A DNA stretch of 20,000 bases from Chiloscyllium plagiosum (taxonomy: Eukaryota), in the NCBI RefSeq assembly GCF_004010195.1, contig NC_057753.1, positions 2,629,687 to 2,649,686 of the forward strand, read 5' to 3'. The notes below the pieces were generated by a model. That model made no database searches, was not told the DNA's origin, and saw only the letters and a list, made by a program, of their open reading frames with translations. Positions within the stretch are counted from its first letter, which is position 1, and each line of letters starts with the position of its first letter. Below are positions 1 through 11,363 of this stretch, one piece after another. The position numbers and the translations under genes are program-made.

Positions 1-2690
1 CCCAGGGATTTCCCTCTTCCCTTCCTTGACAGAGGACCAACATTCTCCTTCTGGTACTACTCCCATGAAGAGTGACAATGCAAAGATCATAACCAGATGT
101 GCAGCTATCTAATTCCTTGCTTCCTGTAGTAATAAATCTGGTCCAGCCAGGGACCTTCTCTACCTTGATGCTTTCCATAATTTCCAGCACATCCACTTTC
201 TTAATATCAATCTGTTCAAGTCTATCAACCTGGTCTCACTATCAGCAAGGTCCTTCTCCCCAGTGAATACTGAAGCAAAAAATCTCATTTCCGGCCTCTT
301 CAGACTCAGACTCAATTTCCCCACTATCCCTCACCAGCCCTACCCTCTCTCTAATCATTCTCTTATTCCTCACGTTAGGGTTTCCCTAATCCTTGCCGCC
401 AAGGTCTTTTGGTGCCCACTCCTAGCTCTCCTCAGTCCAATTTTGAGTTCTTTCCTAGCTATCCTGTAATCCTGTAATGTTGTGCCAGAACCTTGTTTCC
501 TCAACCTTAAATAAGCTTCCTTCCTCCTCTTGGTGAGTAACTCCTCTTCTCTTGTCATCCAAGGCTCCTTCACCTTACCATTCCTTGTCTGACTCAGTGG
601 GACAAAGTTATCCAACACTCACAACAAGTGCTCCTTAAAAACATCCTCCACATTTCTGTACAACAATTGCATTTCCCATAGAACAATTGTTGCCAATCTA
701 TTCTCTGCAGCTCCTGTTTAATAGCAGTAAAGTTTCCCTTTCCCTAATTAAATCCCTTCCCACACTGTCTGTTCCTATCCCTCTCCATGGCTATGATAAA
801 GGTGAGGCAGTTATGGTCACTGTCACAGAGAGATCTGACACCTGGCCTGGCTCGTTGCTGAGCACCAAATCCAATTCGGCCTACCTACATATTTAATCAG
901 GGATCCTTCCTGGGATCACCTGACAAAACCATCTCGTTCGAGACCATCTGAACTAAGGAGGTTCCAATCGATATTGGGGAAGTTGAAGTCACCCCTAAAG
1001 ACAACTCTTGTCCAAATTGCTCCTTCCCAAGACCTGCTGTCTGATCTGTTCTTCCATCTCTCTGCTGCTATTAGTGGGTCTGTCGATAGCACAGCGTAAA
1101 GTGGCTGTTCCTTTCCAGTTACTGACTTCCAGCCATGCTGACTCAGTAGCCAAACCCTCCTCAACAACCTCCTTTTCTACAGCAATAATGCACTCTCTAA
1201 TTAACAATACTACTACCCTCATCTTTTACCCCCTCTCTGTTCTTTTTAAAAGATCTAAACCCTGTAACATCCAGCAACCATTGCTGCCCCTGTGAAATCC
1301 ATGCCTCCATTATGGCCACAACATCGTAGTTCCAAGTACTGGTCCATGCTCTAAATTCATCCCTCTTATTCCTGACACTCCGTGCATTGAAACAGACACA
1401 CTTTAACCCATTCCTTTGCCCTATCAACTGTGCATCCTTCCTGTCAGGATCTCTGCATTCTATTTCTGTCCTTTCAACAACTACCCTCTCCTCTGGTCTG
1501 TAGCTCTAGTTCCCATCCCCCTGCCAAACTAGTTTAAACCCTCCCGAAGTGCTCGAGCACATCTCCTGTCTGCGACATTGGTGCCCCTCCAATTTAAGTG
1601 CAACCCATCCTTCATGCACTGGTCCCACCTTCCCCAGAAGCTACCCCAATGACCTAAGTATCTGAAGCCCTCTCTCCTGTACCAGCCCTCTTGCCATGTG
1701 ATAAACTGCACTCGCTCCTGATTCCTCACCTCACTAGCACGTGGCACCAGTAGTCATCCTGAGATTACTACTCTGCTCGTCCTGCGTTTTAGCTTCCTAC
1801 CTAACTCCCTGAAATCCCTTTTTAGATCCCTTTTCCGAGCTATGTCATTGGTGCCAATGTGTGCCATGACTTCTGGCTGCTCACCCTCCCACGTCAGAAT
1901 CTCGTAAACTCGTTCAAAGGCATCCCAGACCCGGGCACCTGGGAGGTAATGTACCTTCTGGGATTCCCGTGCGCCACCACAGAATCTCCTATTGGTTCCT
2001 CTAATTGAGTCTCCTGCCTCTAGTGCTTTTCTATTCTTCCCCCCCTTTCCCTTCTGAGCCACAAAGCTAGGCTCAGTGCCAGAGACCTGGCCTTTATGGC
2101 TTTCCCCTGGTAAGACGGTCCTCCCCAACAGTATCCAAAATGGTGTATTTATTATTGAGGGGAACGGCAATAGGGAATCCCTGCACTGTCACTCTGTTCC
2201 CTTTCTGTCCCCATACTGTCCCTGAGGTGAGACGACCTCCCTGTAACTCCACTCCATTACCCCCACGTCTTCTGAATGATCCGAAGTTCACCCAGCTCCA
2301 GCTCCAATTCCCTAACGCCGTTTCTGAAGAGCTGGAGTTGGGTGCGCTTCCCACAGATGACTCAGTGGCGACGCTAGTGGTGACCCTTACCTCACACGTT
2401 GTATGGGAGGAGCACGCAACTGCCCTAACATCCGTTCTGACTGTTCTGAATTCTCAAAGAGACTTTACCGAAAGAATAACCTTACCGAATCGGCACACCG
2501 AACCTTTTTGTTTTGGTTAGGAGAGGAGGATGGGTGGGAGACACTGCCTAAGTAGTGTTTCAGGTAAAGCAACACTTTAATATATAACTTCATTTACTCA
2601 GCAGTCCTCTGTCCGCTCCTGCTCAGCGTGCACTCCACCCATTCATGAGATAAGTTATTAAAGGATTCATTCACCTTGCCAGCAACCTCC
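1..2690 (-). mobile_element. Decayed CR1-clade LINE, 5' portion (5'UTR, ORF1, APE endonuclease and linker of ORF2), running off the window start
   Basis: Minus-strand ORF fragments carry APE motifs (LKCVCFNARSVRNK, YDVVAIMEAW, GDFNFPNIDW) and linker motifs (KEPWMTREE, RRARSGHQKTLAARI). ORF1 esterase motifs lie upstream. Many stops and frameshifts. The 5' boundary is approximate. Confidence 0.92.
1529..2435 (-). pseudogene. CR1 ORF1 remnant: N-terminal Cys motif/coiled coil plus SGNH-esterase-like domain
   Basis: Motifs GDSIRG, LPGARV, HIGTNDI, VVISG and DGLHLN correspond to SGNH blocks. N-terminal DVRAVACSS is followed, in a shifted frame, by ICGKRTQLQL and ELELEL. The start appears mutated to ACG near 2433-2435; stop at 1529-1531. 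Confidence 0.85.
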
Positions 2691-2788
2691 TGGTCCTCAC
2701 CCCCACCCTCCCCTTTGGAGGAATCTGTAAGCATTTATCGTCCATTTTTCCAAATACTGGCCTCCCCTGTGATTGTGTTTTTGTGGGT

Positions 2789-2831
2789 TCTCTCTGACTC
2801 CCCTTCTCTGTTTTTTAAGTCAGTTTCACAG
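2789..2831 (+). promoter_or_regulatory. Probable 3' splice acceptor for the zinc-finger exon
   Basis: Pyrimidine-rich tract followed by TTTCACAG|G (AG at 2830-2831), about 100 nt upstream of a GCCATGG start. Confidence 0.55.
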
Positions 2832-2927
2832 GGTCTGAAAAAGATCTCCGTGCAGGGAACTCCAAGGAAAGACTGCATCGGGTTCTAACATAATTGTCGT
2901 AATCCGAAATACCATCGGATTGTGGCC

Positions 2928-3947
2928 ATGGAAGTTCTCAGTGGAGAGAAACTGCACACGTGTTCTGTGTGTGGACGAAGTTTCAGCCGATCAGCCGGTC
3001 TGTCAAGACACAAATGCACTGACAATTGTGAGAAACCGTGGGAATGTGGGGACTGTGGGAATAGATTCAAGTGCCCATCTGAACTGGAAACTCACCGTCG
3101 CAGTCACACTGGGGAGAGGCCGTTCACCTGCTCTGACTGTGGCAAGGAGTTAATCAATTCATCCAATCTGTTTAAACACCGGCAGGTTCACACTGGGGAA
3201 GGACTGTTCACTTGCTCCAGTTGTGAGAAGGGATTCACTTCGTCCTCTGGCCTGCTGACACACTAACGTGTTCACACTGACGAGAAACCTTTCGAATGCT
3301 CAAGTTGTGGGAAGTGCTACAAAAACTCCTGGGAACTGATCTCCCACCAACGTGTTCACACTGACGAGAGGCCGTTTAGCTGCTCGTGCTGCGGAACTGG
3401 GTTCAAGACGTCATCGGACCTCACTGTACACCGGAGAGAGGCCTTTCACCTGTCTGCAGTGTGGGATGAAGTTCACCCGGTCATCTAACCTGCGGAGACA
3501 CCAGCGCGTGCACTCTGGTGACCGGCCGTTCACCTGCACCCAGTATGGGAAGGGATTCACTCATTCGTCCAACATGCTGACACACCAAAGAACTCATACC
3601 GGAGAGAGGCCAAACTCCTGCTCTGAGTGTGGGAAGGCTTTCGCCCAGTTGGTAGCTTACTGAAACACCACAGCGTTCACACTGGAGAGAGGTTGTTCAC
3701 CTGTTCCAAATGTGGGAAGGGATTCACTCAGTCATCCCACATGCTTGCACATCAGCGGGTTCACACCGGGGAGAGACCATTCACGTGTCTTGAGTGTGGG
3801 AAGGGATTCACCCAGCCATGCATCCTCCTGAAACACCAGCAAATCCACACTGGGGAGAGACCGTTCTCCTGTTCGCAGTGTGGGAAGAGGTTCACTCGGA
3901 CATCCCATCTACTCCAACATAAGCAAATTCACAACTTACAACAGTGA
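2928..3947 (+). pseudogene. Tandem C2H2 zinc-finger gene (about 12 fingers with TGERPF-type linkers), disabled
   Basis: Kozak GCCATGG at 2925-2931 and repeated CxxC..HxxxH-TGE(R/K)PF units. Lesions: in-frame TAA at 3264-3266 (H-stop-RVH), frameshifting deletion at about 3431, 1-nt frameshift at about 3650, Cys-to-Tyr in finger 8. Natural stop TGA at 3945-3947. Confidence 0.92.
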
Positions 3948-4058
3948 TTTTTATTTGTGCTAATCACATTCAAGACTGAATGATAGACTTTGATTTGTCT
4001 CTGCTGATATTAGCAACTCCAAATGAGTTATAGTGTATAATATTTTCGCTCAAATTTA

Positions 4059-4064
4059 AATAAA
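4059..4064 (+). terminator. Candidate polyadenylation signal of the ZNF locus
   Basis: AATAAA about 110 nt after the stop codon, with GT-rich sequence downstream. Confidence 0.45.
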
Positions 4065-4140
4065 TCGGCTATATGTTCAACATATTGAGTGTTGAATGTT
4101 TATAATATCACAAACTTAGGTTACTTCCTTTTGAAGTGCG

Positions 4141-4213
4141 CTCCCTGTCCCCTGTCTCTCCCTGTCCCCTGTCTCTCCCTGTCCCCTGTCTCTCCCTGTC
4201 CCCTGTCTCTCCC
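4141..4213. repeat. Minisatellite: 4 perfect copies of the 17-mer CTCCCTGTCCCCTGTCT
   Basis: Units start at 4141, 4158, 4175 and 4192, followed by a partial CTCCC. Confidence 0.95.
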
Positions 4214-4264
4214 ATCCCCACCACCACTAACAAATGTGAGGTATGAACAGAGCTTCTTTGATAT

Positions 4265-4670
4265 TGTCTCATAGAGATGTACAGCACGGAAACAGGTCCT
4301 TCGGTTCAACCCAACCAATTATCCTAAATTAATCTAGTCCTATTTGCCAGCATTTGGCCTATATCCTTATAAACCCTTCCTATACAACTCCCCATCCAGA
4401 TGCCTTTCAAATTTAAGTGTACCAGCCTCCACCACTTCCTCTGGTAGCTCATTCCATACACTCGCCACACTCTGTGTGAAGCAGTTGTCCCTCAGGTCCA
4501 TTTTAAATCTTTCCCCTCTCTTGCTAAACCACACCTCCAAATTTGGACTCCCCTATGTTGGGGAGAAGGCCTTGTCTATTTAACCAATCCATGCCCCTCT
4601 TGATTTTATAATCCTCTGTAGGGACATCCCTCAGCCTCTGGTGCTCCAGGGAAAATAACCCCAGCTTATT
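4265..4670 (-). mobile_element. CR1/HER1-like LINE 3' end fragment
   Basis: Reverse complement of the typical tail (CCGAAGGACCTGTTTCCGTGCTGTACATCTCTATGA) plus the C-terminal coding region (FTQRVV/WNELP-type). Confidence 0.85.
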
Positions 4671-5843
4671 GATGAAGTAGAGCGGTGGATATGGTGTATG
4701 AGGATTTTAGCAGGGTGTTTGATAAGGTCCCTGACTTTAGGCTCATTTAAATGGTAAGGAGGCACAGAGTAAGGAAAGTTTGGCTGTCTGGATACAAAAT
4801 TGGCTGGCCCATAGAACACAGAGGGTAGTAGTTAATGGAAAGTGTTCAGCCTGGAGCTCGGTGACCAGGGTATTCCGCAGGGATGTGTACTGGATCCTCT
4901 GTTCTTTGTGATTTTGATAAATGACTTGGATGAAGAAGTGGAAGAGTGCGTTAGTAAGTTTGCCAATTACACGAAGCTTGGTCGAGTGGGGATAGTGTAG
5001 AGGGCTGTTACAGGTTGAAAATTGACATTAACAGCATGCAGAACTGGTTAATGAATGGCAGGTTGAGTACAACCTGGAAAAGAGTGAAGTGATTCATTTT
5101 GGAAGGGATAATTTGAATGCAGAACACAGGAATAAATGTAGGATTCTAGACAGTGTGGAGGAACAGAGGGATGTTGTGGTCCATGTCCATAGATCCCTCA
5201 AAGTTGCCACTCAACTTCATAGTGTTGTTTAGAAGGCGTATGGTGTATTGGCTTTCATTAGCTGGGGGATTGCGTTGAAGAAGCCCAAGGTTATACTGGA
5301 GCTTTGTACAGTTCTGGTTAAACTACACGTGGAATATTGTGTTCAGTTCTGGTCACCTCACTGTAAAAAGGATGTTGAAGCTTTAGAGAGTGTGGAGAGG
5401 AGATTTACCAGGATGCTCCCTGGACTGGAGGGCATGTCTTATGAAGAAAGGTTGAGAGAGCTGAGGCTTTTCTCCCTGGAATGAGGAAGAGTGAGAGGCG
5501 ACGTGACAGAGGTGTACAAGATGATGAGAGGTATAGAATTGGCAGAGGCCTTTTTCCGGGGTATCACAAGGGGCATAACTTGAAGGTAATGGAGGAAGGT
5601 CTAGGGGAGATATCAGAAATTGTTTCTTTGCATAGAGAGTGGTGGGTGCATTGAATTCACTGCCAGTAGTGGTGGTAGTAGAGTCAGATACATTAGGGAT
5701 ATTTAAGCAACTCTTGTATAGGTGCATGATGTTAGCAAAATGAAGGGTATGTTCGTTAGTTTGATCATAGAGTCAGATAAAAGATTGGCACAACGAGGGC
5801 CGAAGGGCCTGTGCTGTGCTGTGCTGTGCTGTTCTATGTTCTA
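4668..5843 (+). mobile_element. 5'-truncated CR1 LINE: RT domain to 3' tail
   Basis: Degenerate DF.R.FDKVP, GIPQGCVLDPLFF, FANYTKL (FADDTK equivalent) and EYCVQFWSPH motifs. Tail GGGCCGAAGGGCCTG(TGCTG)nTTCTATGTTCTAT. Confidence 0.92.
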
Positions 5844-5859
5844 TAATCGAACGGATTGA

Positions 5860-5943
5860 AAAGCATATTAGTCATAATCTAATGGTGGAGCAGACAGAAT
5901 GGACTGAATTTTCTAGTTCTGCTCCTATATCTCATGATCTTAT
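5860..5943 (+). mobile_element. Short degenerate CR1 3' tail
   Basis: ATGGTGGAGCAGAC...TCTGCTCCTATATCTCATGATCTTAT, with the GGAGCAGA/TCTGCTCC stem typical of CR1 tails. Confidence 0.6.
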
Positions 5944-5994
5944 AGCGTAATAATTATCCAATCGACGTCAGAGCCTGTACAGGCAGAACCATTG

Positions 5995-6650
5995 AATGGC
6001 TTCCTTCTGTGGTCTATCCCGTCATCCCCCATCCATACTTCAGAAAATCAGATCACAATGCTGTGTTCCTCTTCCAAGCTGACAGGTGGAAGCTGATCCT
6101 TCACAGACAGACGTATAATCCTGGTCCTAGGCAGTGGAACAGTGTCTCCAGGACTGCTGGGAATCAGTGGACTGGACCATATTTAAATACTCAGTGAAAA
6201 ATCTAGATGAGAGCGCCACCTTTCGCACGGACTTTATCAGCAAGTGTGTGGAGGACTGCATGCCAAAGATATCAATCAAAAATCTTGGATGAATTGGGAA
6301 ACTTACTCCCTTCTGAAAACCACACTTGCAGTGTTCAAGTCAGATGACACAGACCTGTACGGAAAATCCAGGAATGACCTCCGCAAAGCCATCAGAGATG
6401 TTAAGTGGCAGTACCAGACCAAATTAGGTTCACAGAACAACAATCCAGACGCCAACAGACAGTGGCCGGACCTCAACCGTGTAATGGGATACAAAATCAA
6501 GCAGAGCATGATAGTACAAAAAGATACATGCCTCTCTGATGCACTGAACACTTCTCAGCTTCAAGCAAAATGCCAACAGGGTGGGGTCCCCTACCACAAC
6601 ACAGCCCCAGGCACAGCTGTTCCTCTGTCCCTCCTGCAGAAATCAGATCA
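5995..6650 (+). mobile_element. Rex1/Babar-like LINE fragment (end of APE domain and linker)
   Basis: HPYFRKSDHNAVFL, QDCWESVDWTIFK and KSWMN...VFKSDD..LY.KSRNDLRKAIRDVK.QY.TKL match the recalled Rex1/Babar ORF pattern. Confidence 0.75.
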
Positions 6651-6704
6651 TTTGGGGCTGTGTCCACCTGAGCCTATTTCGAAACAGTGTTCTGGCAAAA
6701 AGGA

Positions 6705-8138
6705 TAAATAGGGTGGTCACAAGGGCTTTAAACTAGTGAATTGCGGTGGGGGGGGGGGGTGTTAGTGGCGGGTTGAAAGAAAGGGGAAAACGACAGGAAG
6801 TATAATGTTCAATAGAAAAGAAAGCAGCAGGTCAGCACGAGGGCAGGGTAGTTTAACCACATCGTCTTCAATGTAAGAAGTTAAAAGGAATGAAAACGCA
6901 GGAGGTATTATTAATGGAGATGTTCAAATTCAAAAAGGTCTAAAAACTAGCATAAGTGAACTTTACCTGGATGCTCGTCAAATTTGAAACAATGTAGACA
7001 AGTTAAAGGCATAAATCATTGCAAATGAGTATGTATTAGTAGCCATTATAGCGACATAGATGCAGGATGGTCATGACTGGGAATTAAATATCAGACTATT
7101 CACAAAGGCAGATAGGAAGGGTAAGGGAGGTGGTGAAAGATGATATAAATTCCATGGTGAATAACGTTGAATTAATTGGTGTGGAAATTAGACATTAGAG
7201 AGTCATAGAGTCATTCTCCGAAGAAAAGGTTACTGATAGGCATAGTTTATTGGCCACCAAATAATAACATCACGTTAGGGCAGGCAATGAACAAAAATAT
7301 AATCAGTGCCTGTAAAACCGTATGGAAGAAACAGGAGTGCACTTTGTGTCTTTCACTGTGTCTCACACCTGCACACACACACCACGGGTGCTGGGGAAAA
7401 AATAAGCACTACTGCACTTAGGTGGTAGTGTAGGGGTTAAAATAAAAACAAGAAAAAAAAAGAAGATAAACTAGAAAAAAAGAAAAAAACAAGAAACAAA
7501 AGAAGATAAAATAAAATAAAACCGTATGGCAATTAACATGGTGGGGGGGTTATTCTGCATGTCGATTGGTCGAACCAGGTGGTTGAAGGCAGCCTTGAGG
7601 ATTGAATGTATCCACGATAGTTTTCTTGAGCAGTAAGCAATGGAACAGACGAGGGAGCAAGCTATCCTAGATCTGGCCCTGTGCAATGAGACAGAAATAA
7701 GTAATGATGTCATAGTTAGGGATCCTCTTGCAAGGAGCAATCACAGTATGGTTGAATATAGAATATAGATTGAAACTGGTAAGACAAAATCGAATATCAA
7801 TGGAATTTTGTCCTTCATTGCTTGAGGGATTGAGCTGAAAGCAAAGAGATTTTGTTACAGTTGTAGAGGGTGTTGGTAAGCCATACCTGGAGTACTGTGT
7901 GCAATTATGGTCTCCTTACTTGAGAAAGGATGTGTTGACACTGGAGGGGTACAGATTAAATTCATCCTGTTGATTCCTGAGTTGAAAGGTTGGCTTTTGA
8001 AGAGAGACTGAGTGACAGAGATTACATTCATTGAAATTTCGAAGAATGAGAGGGTGCTTATAGAAACACATAAAAGTGTGAAGGAAATGCATAAGATTCA
8101 AGCAGGCAGAATGTTTACACTGGTAGGTGAAACTAGAA
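6705..8138 (+). mobile_element. Old CR1 copy (end of ORF1, APE domain, large internal deletion, RT C-terminus), interrupted by a 191-bp insertion
   Basis: ORF1 end GGGCTTTAAACTAG, then APE motifs LYLDAR and REQAILDLALCNE...SNHSMVE. An abrupt jump near 7800 leads to the RT C-terminus (LEYCVQLWSPYLRKD). Confidence 0.8.
7326..7516 (+). mobile_element. 5'-truncated retroposed insert with long A-rich tail and 13-bp TSD (L1/Tx1-type integration)
   Basis: TAAAACCGTATGG occurs at 7313-7325 and 7517-7529, with an A-rich tail at about 7439-7516. The CR1 APE sequence is continuous across the two flanks. Confidence 0.85.
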
Positions 8139-8229
8139 TGATCAAGAAGACACAAAAATACCTCCTCTTCCTCAGGCGTCTGAGAGAATTTATTCTGTCC
8201 ATAAGGGCCCTCACCAACTGTTACAGATG
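8139..8229 (+). mobile_element. Rex1/Babar-like C-terminal piece, left of the CR1 insertion
   Basis: IKKTQKYLLFLRRLREFILSIRALTNCYR resembles the KKAQQRLFFLRRLRKF...TNFYRC motif. Confidence 0.75.
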
Positions 8230-11200
8230 AGCAAAGAACAAAGAACGTTTACAGCCAAGAAACAGGCCATTCGGCCCTCCAAGCCTGAGCTGATCCAAAT
8301 CTACTGTCTAAACATGTCGCCCAATTCCTAAACATCTGTATCGCTCTGCTCCCTACCTACTCATGCATCTGTCCAGACACATCTTAAATGAATCCACCGT
8401 GCCTGCCTCTACTACCTCTGCTGGCAATGAGTTCCAGGCAACTACCACCCTTCGTGTAAAGTACTTGCCGCATGTACTCCCTTTAAACTTTTCACCTCTC
8501 ACCTTGAAAGCGTGACCTCTCGTTACTGAATCCTTCACCTTGGGAAAAGGCGTATCTCTATCTACCATGTACACCCTTCATGATTTGTAGATCTCAATCA
8601 CGCCCCCCTCAATTTCTTTGTTTCTGATTAAAACGATCCTAACCTACTTAACCTCTCTTCATAACTAGCATCTTCCATACTAGGCAACACCTAGTACACC
8701 TTCTCTGCACCATCTCCAAAGCGTGCACATTTTATTGGTAATGTGGTGGCCAGAACTGTACACAGTATTCTAAATGTGGCTGAACAAATGTCTTGTACAA
8801 TTTTAACATGATCTGCCATCACTTATACTCAATACCCTGTCTGATGAAGGCAAGTCTACCATATGCCGCCTTGTCCATTCCATCTACCTGTGCAGCCACC
8901 TTCAGGGTACAATAGACCTCCACTCCCAGATTTCTCTGCTCATCAACTTTTCCCAAGGCACCTCCGTTTACAGTATAATTCGCTCTAGAATTAAACTTTC
9001 CAAATTGCATCACCTCACATTTGTTTGGATTGAACTCTATCTGCCATTTTTCTGCCCAACTCTCCAACCTATCTGTATCTTCCGGTATTCTTTTACAGTC
9101 CCCTATGCTTTATGCTACTCCACCAATCTTCGTGTCATCTGAAAACGTGCTGATCATACCAACAGTGCCCTCTTCCAGATCATTTATGTATATCACAAAC
9201 AACAGTGGCTCCAGCACTGATCCCTGTGGAACACCACTGGTCACCATTTAAAGAAACTCCCTTCAACTACTACTCTCTCTGTATCCTGTTGCTCAACAAG
9301 TTCTTTATCCATCTAGCTGGAACACCCTGCACACGATGTGACTTCATTTCTCTATTAGTTTACCATGAGGAACCTTATCAAATGCCTTACTAAAGTCTAC
9401 AGCCCTTCCTTCATTATCAACTTGGTTACTTCCTCAAAGAACTTTATTAAGTTGGTAAGGCACGATCTTACCCGCACAAATCTATGTTGGCTATCACTGA
9501 TAAGCATGTTCTTTTCAAAATATAAATAGATTTTATCCCTCAGTACCTTCTCTAGCAACTTTTCCACCCCTGACGGCAGGCTCATTGGTCTGTAGTTACC
9601 CAGAATATCCCTACTACACTTCTTGCACAGGGGAACAACGTGAGCAACCCTCCAGTCCTCTGGCACCACACCTGTGCTAAAGGATGTTACAAAGGTATCT
9701 GTCAGGCCCCTAGCTATTTCTTCTCTTGTCTCCCTCAGCAACCTGGGATCGATCCCATCCGGTCCTGCAGATTTGTCCACCTTAATAACCTCTAGCCTAC
9801 CCAACATATCTTCCTATTAATGTCAACATGATTCAGAGTAATCAAATGTCTATCGCTGATCTCACCATTCATCATGTCCCTCTCATCAGTGAACACTGAT
9901 GCAAAGTAATCATTCAGAATCTCACCCATTTACTCAGGTTCGACACAGAGCCTTCCTTCCTTATCCTTTAGTGGACCAATCCTTTCTCTAGTTACCCGCT
10001 TGCTTCTTATAGAAGAATGAAATACTTTGCGATTCTCCTTAATTCTTCTCACTAAAGCTATTTCATGACCCCTTTTAGCCCGCTTGATTCCTCATTTAAG
10101 AATAGTTCTACTCTCCAGATATTCCTTCAGGGCCCATTATGTTCTTAGTTGCCTGGACCATATGTACGCTTCCCTTTTCACCTTGGCTAGTCGTACGATT
10201 TCTCCTTTCACCCACAGGAGAAATAGGCTTTTCCTATCCTTTGCTTTCAACGCGACATGCCTATCCTGCACTATCTTTAGCTTATCTTTGAAAGCCTCCC
10301 ACACATCAAATGTAGACTTCCCTTCAAATAGCTGTGTTCAATACACATTTCCCAGATCCTGCCTAATGTTGATATAATTGGCCTTGGCCTCGTTTAGTAC
10401 CCTTCCCTCAGGACCACTCTCATCTTTATCTATGAGTATTCTGAAACTTACAGAATTGTGGTCAGTGTTCCCAAAGAAATCCCCCACCGCAACCACTACC
10501 ACCTGGCCTGGCACATTCCCCAATACCAGGTCCTTCCCTCGTCGGAATATTGACATATTGCTCTAGAAAACTCTCCTGGACGCTTCTTACAAATTCAGAC
10601 CTCTGGCACTAAGTGTATCCCAATCAATGTTGGGAAATTAAATCTCCCATTGCCACTGCTCTGTTGCTTTCTACATCTTCCCATAATCTGTTTACCTATT
10701 TGTTCTACTACCTCACGCTCACTGTTGGGAGGCCTGTAATACAGCCCCAATAATGTAACTGCACCCTTCTTATTTCTCAGCTCCACCCATAATGCCTCAC
10801 TACTCAATCCCTCCATCGTGTCCTCCTTTAGGACAGCTGTGATATTATCCCTGACGAGCAATGCAACTCCTCCCGTCCCCCTTTTACTTCCCTCCCTTTC
10901 CAGTCTGAAGCGTCTATATCCCAGAACATTTAGTTGTCAATCATGTCCTTCCTTCAAGAAAGTCTCTGTGATTGCAATAATGTTCCAGGCACCAATTCAA
11001 GCCCTAGATTCATCTGCCTTACCCATTATACTCCCTGCATTAAAGTGTATGCACTTCAGCCCACCAGTTCTTTTGTGCTCATCTACTCTCTGCCTACTTT
11101 CCCCCTTATTAATGTGTTCATTCTGCCTATTCTTTCATTTCTATGCTGACGAGCACTGGCACTGGTCGTAATCCCGAGATCACTAATTTTGAGGACCTCC

Positions 11201-11362
11201 TTTTTAACTTCTCTCCTAGCTCCCTGAATTCTGCTTTCAGGACCTCATCCCGTTTTTAGTTTTATCGTCGGTGCTTATATGCACCAAGACAACTGGCTAT
11301 TCACCCTCCCCTTTTAGAATGCTCTTCAGCCGATCTGTCGCATCCTTGACCCGAGCACCTGG
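8230..11362 (-). mobile_element. CR1 LINE of about 3.1 kb, 5'-truncated in ORF1, with internal deletions
   Basis: Tail repeat (ACAAAGA-type) and tail stem at 8230-8290. RT-region motifs DKSAGPDGIDPRLLRE, NYRPMSL, SQHRF..RSCLTNL and WAEKWQIEFN. APE motifs GLYYRPPN and NTDHNSV. ORF1 VISG and PGARV at about 11160-11362. Confidence 0.93.
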
Positions 11363-11363
11363 T

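Noticed and set aside
1754..2170. Domesticated SGNH esterase host gene
   Set aside because: It is embedded in CR1 ORF1 directly upstream of ORF2 and carries frameshifts.
3264..3266. Programmed stop read-through or recoding in the ZNF
   Set aside because: The stop is TAA and is accompanied by two frameshifts and loss of a zinc ligand. Pseudogenisation is the simpler explanation.
4265..5843. Twin-priming inversion of one LINE
   Set aside because: Both parts contain their own 3' tail and overlapping coding regions, so they are not complementary portions of one transcript.
6746..6759. Poly-G run as a functional element
   Set aside because: It lies in a CR1 inter-ORF region and is most simply a slippage expansion.
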